Below are positions 7,889-15,173 of a stretch of 50,516 nucleotides of DNA, piece by piece. Numbering within the stretch: the stretch's first letter is position 1; every line of letters starts with the position of its first letter. The notes beneath the pieces were generated by a model. It worked only from the letters and a program-made list of their open reading frames with translations, was not told the origin of the DNA and made no database searches. Source of the stretch: a virus. Taxonomy: Duplodnaviria; Caudoviricetes. The translations under genes were made by a program, and so were the position numbers. Location: the IMG/VR virus record IMGVR_UViG_3300044834_000021, positions 1-50,516 of that record, one strand, 5' to 3'.

Positions 7889-9104
7889 ACGCCGCGAGGT
7901 CGAGGTCGAGCACGCCGTTGGGACGCGGCACGGTCTTCCATGCGTCCGCGATCTTGCGCTCGATCGCGAGGCGCTCCTTCGGATCGGTGCTCGCCTTGAG
8001 GAGGTCGTAGAGCGGGTGGCTGATCCGCTCCTTCACGTCGATCGAGAAGGGCGTGTGGAACTGCATCTCGAAGAGTTGCCCGTTCTGCGCGCGCCATACG
8101 GTGTTGATCCCCTGATAGCCGGTGGCCTCGGCCTGCCATGCGTTCTTGACCCGGACGAGCGTGAAGCCCTGCGCGCGCAGGCGCGCGATCACGGTCTTGG
8201 TCCCGGCCGCGTACTGCTCGGCGCGGAAGAGGGTCGTGTAGCGGATCGCGTCCTTGATCGAGTCCTGCACGGCGGGCGCGACGAGGAGGTGGACATCCGC
8301 CGCGATCTTGCGCTCGATCGAGGCCACCGTCTTGAGCCGGAACTCGAAGCCGCCGAGCGTGCCATTCGCGTCGTCGGCCGCCTGCGCCACCGCGCGCGAG
8401 ATCGCAGGCTCGCTCGCGGCCGCGCGCTCGCGCACCGCCACCGCGTACTCCTTCGGCGTGCCGGTGGCGGGCAGCGACTTGACCGGCGGCGGGACGAACT
8501 CGGGCTTCGGTGAGACGGTCGGGGCCGGGAGCGGAACGATCGGGGCCGGAGGCGAGACGATTGGGCGTTCCCACGGTACGGGCGTCCCACGAGACGGCAG
8601 GGGCCGCCACGGAGGACGCGGGCTGAGAGGGCGCAGCGGGATCGCGCCGGGCGGGGCCTCGGTCTTGAGCGTGAGCACGAACTGACACCGGCACCGGCCG
8701 CGCCCCTCGCAGTCCACGTAGGGCGGCAGGAGCGCGTTGTACTCGGCCGAGCCGAACACGACCTCGGTCCCGTCGGCGGCCGCGCAGGCATCGCAGGTGT
8801 TCTCGTCGAGGAGCGAGGTGTACGTCGCGACCTCGATCTCCTGCGCGAACACCGTCATCTCATCGTGCCGCCCGAGCGCGAGCGCCTCACTCGCGAGGTT
8901 GTCGGCCGCCTGCGAGAGGAGCGAGTCCGCGCGCCCGGTGAGGACCTCGATGAAGTGCTCGGTCGTGGCCGCGTCGAGGTTGGACGTGCGCATCTGCGCG
9001 AGCGCCTCTTCGAGTGAGGCGAAGCGCAGGCCGTCCGCGATCTGCACCGCCTGCGCCGTAGCGCGCCCGGTGAGGATCGAGTTCGAGCGTCGGAGATCGA
9101 TCAC
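7887..9104 (-). CDS. MuF (gpF/SPP1 gp7-like) head morphogenesis protein with C-terminal RelA/SpoT-like nucleotidyltransferase toxin domain
   Basis: LDENTCDAC...PPYVDCEGRGRCRC (MuF), a Pro-rich linker, then FRLKTVASIERK, DAIRYT, VKNAW, YQGIN, FEMQFHT, HPLY. Start is uncertain; GTG 9104 chosen. Confidence 0.85.
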   Translation of the reverse strand: MIDLRRSNSILTGRATAQAVQIADGLRFASLEEALAQMRTSNLDAATTEHFIEVLTGRADSLLSQAADNLASEALALGRHDEMTVFAQEIEVATYTSLLDENTCDACAAADGTEVVFGSAEYNALLPPYVDCEGRGRCRCQFVLTLKTEAPPGAIPLRPLSPRPPWRPLPSRGTPVPWERPIVSPPAPIVPLPAPTVSPKPEFVPPPVKSLPATGTPKEYAVAVRERAAASEPAISRAVAQAADDANGTLGGFEFRLKTVASIERKIAADVHLLVAPAVQDSIKDAIRYTTLFRAEQYAAGTKTVIARLRAQGFTLVRVKNAWQAEATGYQGINTVWRAQNGQLFEMQFHTPFSIDVKERISHPLYDLLKASTDPKERLAIERKIADAWKTVPRPNGVLDLDLAA

Positions 9105-9240
9105 GAGGTTGCCCGAGCGGTATATGGGACTTTTCGCATTTGGCGTGGGGTCGATGCGCGAGTGCATTGAGGTCCATGCACTTTTGCATCGCTGCAAGGC
9201 CGCCAACTCAATGTCAAGGTCGATTTGCCGAGCACGACCC

Positions 9241-9258
9241 GTGACGACAAGTGACCAC
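9241..9258 (+). promoter_or_regulatory. Degenerate operator copy 6
   Basis: GTGACGACAAGTGACCAC in the divergent AT-richer intergenic region; no -10 box at the usual spacing. Confidence 0.45.
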
Positions 9259-9331
9259 AATCCCCTTTGTAGCCTGAGAGTTTACGGGTCCGCTTTTCAT
9301 ACTGAGGGTGTACCTCGGAAGGAGGACGCAG

Positions 9332-9481
9332 ATGAAGAAGTGTCGAGTGTGTTCCCGGTTCATGCGACCTCGATCCATCGCGCGCCCGAGCAAGGCGGAC
9401 CCGACCGTGTGTCAGGTGTGCTCCGACCTGACCTTCGCGCTTCACGGCAAGCGACCCGAGCAGAAGAGGAGGGCTGCCTAG
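9332..9481 (+). CDS. Small Zn-finger protein (49 aa)
   Basis: MKKCRVC...CQVC; SD GGAAGGAGG; TAG abuts the next ATG. Confidence 0.65.
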   Translation: MKKCRVCSRFMRPRSIARPSKADPTVCQVCSDLTFALHGKRPEQKRRAA

Positions 9482-10048
9482 ATGAGGGTGGTCAACGAGA
9501 CCTCGTATCGCACCGACCATCTCCGCGCGATCGCCGCGCGGGTGGCGAAGGTCGAGATCGAAGACGCCGGGGCGCGCAAGCGCCTCGTCGTCGTGTTCTC
9601 GTATCGCAAGCGCAGGGGGTGGCTCGCCGCCGCTCATGACACCGGAGTATCCGGGCACGCCTCGATGGGGAGCAACCGCTTCCCCGGCCGGGCCACGATC
9701 CTCGTCACGCGCTCGGGCATCGACCACACCGATCTCGCCTTCGTGCTCGCGCACGAGTTGGCTCACACGAGGGGCATGGGCCACGCGCTCATGCGCGGCT
9801 CCTCGATCTACCGGCGGGAGGGCGAGTGGCGCGCTCGCTACGAGTGGGCGGAGGCCATGCCGATCGACCTCAAGCCGGTGAAGGGCAAGAAGGTCGTGAC
9901 CCCGGAGGTCGCGCTCGCCATGAGGATCGCGCTCGCGCGCAGGCGCGAGAAGGAGTGGACGACGCGCGCGCGCCGCGCGGCGACGGCACTCAAGAAGTAC
10001 AAGCGCACGATCACGCGGCTCGAACGCAAGGCCGCGATCTCGACCTAG
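9482..10048 (+). CDS. HExxH zinc metallopeptidase-like protein (SprT-like) with basic C-terminal helix
   Basis: VLAHELAHTRGMGH. Confidence 0.7.
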   Translation: MRVVNETSYRTDHLRAIAARVAKVEIEDAGARKRLVVVFSYRKRRGWLAAAHDTGVSGHASMGSNRFPGRATILVTRSGIDHTDLAFVLAHELAHTRGMGHALMRGSSIYRREGEWRARYEWAEAMPIDLKPVKGKKVVTPEVALAMRIALARRREKEWTTRARRAATALKKYKRTITRLERKAAIST

Positions 10049-10053
10049 TGGAC

Positions 10054-10098
10054 GGCCCGGCCGGGGATCACCAACTGACACGGGCACCCGGCCGGGCC
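10054..10098. terminator. GC-rich hairpin between convergent genes
   Basis: GGCCCGGCCGGG (10054-65) pairs with CCCGGCCGGGCC (10087-98); a second stem spans 10142-10198. Confidence 0.5.
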
Positions 10099-10212
10099 TA
10101 GCCGTAACGCCCGCCCGCTCCGGGCAGTCTAGACACGAAGACACCTCGCCGGGGAGGACCGCAGCGACCCCGAGATCGACGGCGCTCCCGACGAGGTGCC
10201 TGAGTCACAAGC

Positions 10213-10683
10213 CTACGCGCGTCCCTTATCGGTGGCGGGCGGCGGCTTGCTCGTCACCTGCTCCACCTTGAGCGGCGCGAGTTCCTCCGCGCGCTTGACG
10301 ATCTCGACCGGGACCGGCCCCGGCTTGGACTCGCGCTTCGCGTCGGCGTCGGCTTCAAGACGACCCTCGGCCTTCGCGCTCGCCTTCGTGAGCGCGAGCA
10401 GTTCGGAGAGTCGGCCATCCACACGCTTGCCCAACTCGAACACGCCCTCCGAGGTCGAGATCATGATGGCGCGGCCTTCCTCGGCCGCCGTCTTCGCAGC
10501 CTCGGCGGCGGCGACTGCGGCGGCACCCTTCTCGGCGGCGATCACCTTCGCGGCCTCGGCGGCCACCTTCGCGTCGTTCGCCTTCTGCCCGTTGCGCAGC
10601 GTCACGACGAGCGCGCCGATCGCGGCGATGAGCGTCGTGATCGCCGTGATCGCGTTGGGTACGTCTTCCCAATTGAAGTCCAC
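10213..10683 (-). CDS. Holin-like single-TM protein
   Basis: N-terminal TM AITAITTLIAAIGALVVTL, a coiled coil and VDGRLSELL; SD GAGGAGG before GTG 10683. Confidence 0.55.
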   Translation of the reverse strand: MDFNWEDVPNAITAITTLIAAIGALVVTLRNGQKANDAKVAAEAAKVIAAEKGAAAVAAAEAAKTAAEEGRAIMISTSEGVFELGKRVDGRLSELLALTKASAKAEGRLEADADAKRESKPGPVPVEIVKRAEELAPLKVEQVTSKPPPATDKGRA

Positions 10684-10696
10684 TAGTCCTCCTCGT

Positions 10697-10978
10697 TCAT
10701 GGTGTGAAGTTCGAGTCTCGCACACGGAGCACGCGCTCGGCCGCCGCCTCGATCGTGCCCGTGCCCTCGAAGCGGTAGTGCCATTCGCCCTCCGCGTTGA
10801 GCGAGAGGTCGTGCGTGTAGACGCCGACGCTCGGGTGGGTCGGCACGGGCGTCGTCACGGTCCCGGCCGGGTCCTTGATGCGCAGCACGACGGCGGTCGG
10901 ATCGCCGAGCACGTCGGCGTCGTAGAAGTTCGCCGTGAGCCGCGCGCGCCCGCCCTTGTCGTAGGTGTTGATCGGCAC
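10697..10978 (-). CDS. Small Ig-like virion structural protein
   Basis: DPTAVVLRIKDPAG...GVYTHD...GEWHYRFEGTG pattern. Confidence 0.55.
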   Translation of the reverse strand: MPINTYDKGGRARLTANFYDADVLGDPTAVVLRIKDPAGTVTTPVPTHPSVGVYTHDLSLNAEGEWHYRFEGTGTIEAAAERVLRVRDSNFTP

Positions 10979-11883
10979 TAGGCACCCACCGTGTCGAGGT
11001 AGTAGAGCGTGACCTCGACCACACCGCTGACCGGCGCGGTCGCCTGCCCGCCGATCTGTACAAGCGGATGAGTACCCGGCCCGAGGATGTAGTCACTCAC
11101 CGCCGCGTTGCCCGTGGACTTCTTGATCGAGTCGCCCGCGACCGCCCCCGCGAGGCCGTGGCCGACCACGGCATCATCCACGGCCGTCAGGAACACTCCG
11201 GCCTCGAACGCCTGCGTGATGTCGAGGACCGCGCCCACCGGGACCGCGCCGAGCGGCAAGGACCCGGCGAACGTGGCGCAGTAGTTGCCGTTGGGCGGGT
11301 CGATGTCCACGAAGTCGGCGAAGCCGAACGTCTCGATGATCTGTTTGAGTTCGGGCGCACCGGGGTCGATGTAGAAGATCGTGACCGCGATCTCGCCGTC
11401 GGTGGAGATGTCGGTGGACGTGTCCACCGTCGGGAACACGGGCGCGGTCGCGTCGAAGGTCCCGCCCTCCTGCGCGAGAGACGGGTATCGGCCGACCGCC
11501 TGCAACTGCGCAGAGGAGATGTTCCCGCACGGGGTCATGCCGAGCGCGGGTCTCACGAGTAGCGACTGCACGGGCGCGCCCATTGGCTCAAGCACCTCGA
11601 TGAGCGAGCCGAGCACGAGCGCGCCCGGAGGCAGGGGCGTGTCGAAGGTCGCGACCGAACTCCCGTCCACGTCGGCGAAGTCGGCATCGGTGAACGTCTG
11701 CTTGCGCGTGCGGATCATCGCGCCACCCGCCACGATCGCGCCCTCGACGCCCGCCTCGGGTCCGAGGAGGAGGTCGAGCAGGGTGACGGCCCCGAGCGGC
11801 GCATCGTCGAGCGCCACGTGGCCGACGCGCGCATCCTCGACCGTGATGCCGAGGACCGGCTCATCGGTGATCTCAAGCGTCAT
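10978..11883 (-). CDS. Putative virion structural protein with two tandem beta domains
   Basis: Internal duplication TFTDADF...LPPGALVLG...V.IFYID / TFGFADF...LPLGAVPVG...V.LYYLD. Confidence 0.6.
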   Translation of the reverse strand: MTLEITDEPVLGITVEDARVGHVALDDAPLGAVTLLDLLLGPEAGVEGAIVAGGAMIRTRKQTFTDADFADVDGSSVATFDTPLPPGALVLGSLIEVLEPMGAPVQSLLVRPALGMTPCGNISSAQLQAVGRYPSLAQEGGTFDATAPVFPTVDTSTDISTDGEIAVTIFYIDPGAPELKQIIETFGFADFVDIDPPNGNYCATFAGSLPLGAVPVGAVLDITQAFEAGVFLTAVDDAVVGHGLAGAVAGDSIKKSTGNAAVSDYILGPGTHPLVQIGGQATAPVSGVVEVTLYYLDTVGA

Positions 11884-12811
11884 CGATCGCGGCCATCATC
11901 ATCGCGAGGATCACCGGGTTGGCGTAGCGCGGGTCCGGCCACTTCTTCACACCCGCCACGTCCCACACCTTCACCTCGTCGCGGCCGCGCAAGCGCGCGA
12001 GCACGGCCGCATCGTCGAGCGCCTTCGCGCCTTCGCTGAGATCGGCGACCTGTCTGCGCCTGCGTGGCGACATCGGGCCGGTGCCGACGCTCGGGTACGA
12101 CGGGGTGGGGATCGACTCGTTGACCTCGGCCGCGTCCTCCGCGAAGGCATCGTCGGCCGCGTTGATCTCGACGAAGACCGTGACCTCGGCGGCATCGCTC
12201 GCCGTGGCGTCGTCGCTTGTCGTCGCGAGGGTGGCTGCGATCGCAAGGTCGTCCGAGACCGGGATGAGTTCATCGGCCGTGGCGGCCGCGCTGATCTGCG
12301 CGAGGTCGTCGCCCATGCCGGGATCATCCGGGTGCGCCTGCACGAGCAGGCTCGCCTCGTCGAGTCCACTTCCGGTATCGGCCGGGCTGACGATCGCGAG
12401 GACCGAGGTCGCATCCGCCCCCGTGGCCGTGTCGCCGCCCACAAGGAGCGCGGTCACGGTGCCCGTGTCGCCTCCTGTGGCTTGATCTGAGGCAGTCGCG
12501 AAGACGCCTACACCTGCGGTATCCCCGGCTGCGCCGAGGTCACTACCGTCGGGAGCCGCTAGGACGGCGGCGCTATCACTTCCGGTAGCGGGATCGTCGG
12601 CGCTGATCGAGACCGGCCCGCCGACCTGTGCCTCGTTGAACGCCATCTCGGCCGGAGACCAATAGGTCTCGGTCGTCCACGCGGGCTGCGCCGCGTTGAA
12701 CTGCATGGAGAGCGTGATCGGTGCCGTGTCGTGGAAGCCCCACGTGGTCGCGGTCGCGCCCGCCGCGAAGTCGTCGTAACTGAATGGAAGGTCCCACGTG
12801 AGTTTCGCCAC
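11873..12811 (-). CDS. Acidic repeat-rich putative fibre/structural protein
   Basis: About 19-aa repeats (SADDPATGSDS, ASDQATGGDT, GGDTATGADA, PADTGSGLDE, TSDDATASDA, AADDAFAEDA). Confidence 0.6.
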   Translation of the reverse strand: MAKLTWDLPFSYDDFAAGATATTWGFHDTAPITLSMQFNAAQPAWTTETYWSPAEMAFNEAQVGGPVSISADDPATGSDSAAVLAAPDGSDLGAAGDTAGVGVFATASDQATGGDTGTVTALLVGGDTATGADATSVLAIVSPADTGSGLDEASLLVQAHPDDPGMGDDLAQISAAATADELIPVSDDLAIAATLATTSDDATASDAAEVTVFVEINAADDAFAEDAAEVNESIPTPSYPSVGTGPMSPRRRRQVADLSEGAKALDDAAVLARLRGRDEVKVWDVAGVKKWPDPRYANPVILAMMMAAIDDA

Positions 12812-12814
12812 CCG

Positions 12815-13285
12815 CTAGTGCTTCTTCGCCTTCGCCTTGAGTGCCTTGCCCATGCTCGCGTGCCTCTTGTCCGACGCGACGGTCGCGTTGGTCAGGAGCA
12901 CGATGCGCTCACCTTCGAGCCGCGCGATCGTGGCGAGTGTCGTGTCGCGCTTGGTCTTGAGATCGGTGGGCCACTTGTCCTCGGCCACGCCATCGAGCGC
13001 GCGGAGCACGGGCGCGATCTCGGTGTTGTACGTGTACTGCACCGCATCGCGCTCGGCCGCCTTCTCCATGATCTCCCGTTGGTGGGGTATCTGCTCCGTG
13101 AGTTGCGCCACGCACTCATCGAAGAGGACTTGCATCGCGTCGAGTTGGTGGGCCTCGCACGCATCCGCCTCTTCGGAGTGGCCGGTCGGCATCTCGGGCA
13201 AGACCACGTTGTCGATCTGCACGCCGACCACGACCCGGAACGCCGGGACCTCACCGCCCACGTCGCACTTCTTCTCGGTTGTCAC
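12815..13285 (-). CDS. Hypothetical coiled-coil protein
   Basis: GTGA overlap with the upstream stop; SD GGGAGGAG. Confidence 0.65.
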   Translation of the reverse strand: MTTEKKCDVGGEVPAFRVVVGVQIDNVVLPEMPTGHSEEADACEAHQLDAMQVLFDECVAQLTEQIPHQREIMEKAAERDAVQYTYNTEIAPVLRALDGVAEDKWPTDLKTKRDTTLATIARLEGERIVLLTNATVASDKRHASMGKALKAKAKKH

Positions 13286-13950
13286 TCGAACTCCTCCCAT
13301 GCCGGGTTGATGTAGAGACGGCGGTTGCCCGCCGTGACCGCGACCGCGTGCCACATCGAGACGCCCTCACCCGCCCGGTGCACCATCTCGGCCTGCTCGC
13401 TATCGGGATTCCACTCGGCCCGGTGCGGATTCCAATGGCCCGCGCCGCCGGTCACGAGGTCCATCGTGTTGTACTGCTCGCCGAAGATGACGCCCGTGAG
13501 CGTCACCGTGAGGCCCGTCGATGCGAGCCGGAGGTTGCCCTGCGCGGCCGCGTCGGTCGTGTCACGCTTCGCCGGAGTGACGAGCGTGCCCGATCCCGTG
13601 CCGGTGAAGGTGAATAGTTGGAAGCGCAGTTCGCCGCCGAGGAGATCGACCGCGAGCGCGATGAACTGCACGTTCCACGTGAGCCGCTTGAGCGCCATCT
13701 TGATCGTGGCCCCGACCGGGTTGTAGAGCCATGCGTACCCGGTGCTCGTGCCGTTCTGCACGGCGGCCGGGACGGTGAGGACACCCGTGCTCGCCTTGTA
13801 GCCGCCCGTGACGCCGCGCGCGGAGATCGGGATGAAGAAGTGCTCGTGGGTCGTGTCCGACCCGACGACGCGCGTCTGCGTGCGGTTCTTCTTGCCGGTG
13901 TTGCCGGTATCGACCGGCAGTTGAATGAAGGACGCGATCGGCGCGGCCAT
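13282..13950 (-). CDS. Putative virion structural protein
   Basis: Beta-rich 222 aa; begins with SFIQLPVDTGNTGKK and ends with WEE. Confidence 0.6.
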   Translation of the reverse strand: MAAPIASFIQLPVDTGNTGKKNRTQTRVVGSDTTHEHFFIPISARGVTGGYKASTGVLTVPAAVQNGTSTGYAWLYNPVGATIKMALKRLTWNVQFIALAVDLLGGELRFQLFTFTGTGSGTLVTPAKRDTTDAAAQGNLRLASTGLTVTLTGVIFGEQYNTMDLVTGGAGHWNPHRAEWNPDSEQAEMVHRAGEGVSMWHAVAVTAGNRRLYINPAWEEFE

Positions 13951-14541
13951 CTAGGAGAACGTAATCGTGGCCGTGATCTGCCACACGACGCCGACGATCT
14001 TGGTGCCGAACGCCTGCACGGCGCGGTTGAGCAGATCGCCCGCTCCCGCCGCCGCGTTGCGGATGCCCCACTCGTTCCATGCCTGATTGGCGTCACCGCT
14101 CGCGAAGGTCGAGCGCCACGTGACGATGTTCGAGCCGACGCCCGGCGCGCCCACGCTCGGGTACGTCGGGTCCATCGCGATGCAGACCTCGGCCGTGAGC
14201 GCGGTCGAGGTGTTCGGCACCGGGTTGGCGGTCGAGGATGTGCCGACGCAGATGCGCGCGTTCGCGTTGTTGAAGGCGGTCCCGCCGTTGCCCGAGATGA
14301 GTTGCCCGATCACGTGCGCGCCGTTGTCGCGCGTGAGCGAGTTGATGCTCATGCGCCGGAACAGGGGCTTGATGCCGCGCCGCGCGAGGAGGTCGCGCGC
14401 GATCCGGTCGGCCTCGATCGGCGAGTAGCCCGCGCGCGCCGCTTCCTTCTCCCACGCGAACTTGAGCGCGATGTCGCGCGGCCGCCACGCCTCGACGAGA
14501 CCGATGCCCTTGATCCGGCCGGGGTCTACCGAGTTGAGCAT
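13951..14541 (-). CDS. Putative virion structural (fibre-base-like) protein
   Basis: WRSTFASGDANQAWNEWGI...LLNRAV...GTK...WQITATITFS motif, recalled from phage structural proteins. Confidence 0.65.
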   Translation of the reverse strand: MLNSVDPGRIKGIGLVEAWRPRDIALKFAWEKEAARAGYSPIEADRIARDLLARRGIKPLFRRMSINSLTRDNGAHVIGQLISGNGGTAFNNANARICVGTSSTANPVPNTSTALTAEVCIAMDPTYPSVGAPGVGSNIVTWRSTFASGDANQAWNEWGIRNAAAGAGDLLNRAVQAFGTKIVGVVWQITATITFS

Positions 14542-14829
14542 CTAGGCCACCGCCGAGACGCCGTGCACGAGGACCCACGCGATGTCGTTGAGTAGCGCGC
14601 CGTTGGTCAGGATGATGTTCGTGCTCGGCGCGACGGGCGACACGTTGAACGGCCCGGCCGCGTTCGGCGAGAAGACCGCCGTCGCCTTCGTGACCTTCTT
14701 GAAGTACCCGCCGACCTCAAGGGTGTCGAGGTCGTCCACGTCGCTGCACCGGAACAACATCACGCGCTCGCTCGCGCCGCCGTCGTCGGCGAGCACCCGG
14801 ACGTTGGGATGCACGAGCGCCTTAGCCAC
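14542..14829 (-). CDS. Hypothetical protein
   Basis: 95 aa; TAG abuts the next ATG. Confidence 0.6.
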   Translation of the reverse strand: MAKALVHPNVRVLADDGGASERVMLFRCSDVDDLDTLEVGGYFKKVTKATAVFSPNAAGPFNVSPVAPSTNIILTNGALLNDIAWVLVHGVSAVA

Positions 14830-15169
14830 GGCTCGGCACCCCGCGTCCCGCGTTCACGGCCTCGATCATCCGGTCGCGCGTCATCTTCACGAAGTCGCGG
14901 CCCCTCTTGGAGAGCGTGACCTCGGTGCGCCGACCGTTGCAGCCGCATTGCACCCACGGCGGCTCGTCGTTGGTCAACTGCATGACGTGATTGGGAGCGC
15001 CGCAGTTCGAGCAGGCCACGATCCCGTGCGCCGCCATCTCCTCGGCGTCGTCGGTCGCGATGTCCTTCGCTGCTCCCTCGATCGTGTTCACGCGCACGAA
15101 CTTCGGCGCGTCCTTCGCCTTGAAGATGAGGTGCGCTTCGCGACGTTCGGGCGATTTGCCCTCGGCCAT
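14822..15169 (-). CDS. Zn-ribbon hypothetical protein
   Basis: CSNCG...CGC; follows the portal gene. Confidence 0.6.
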   Translation of the reverse strand: MAEGKSPERREAHLIFKAKDAPKFVRVNTIEGAAKDIATDDAEEMAAHGIVACSNCGAPNHVMQLTNDEPPWVQCGCNGRRTEVTLSKRGRDFVKMTRDRMIEAVNAGRGVPSRG

Positions 15170-15173
15170 TTGC

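Noticed and set aside
10099-10200. Self-cleaving ribozyme in the convergent intergenic region
   Set aside because: Hairpins are present, but I could not match hammerhead, twister or pistol core nucleotides.
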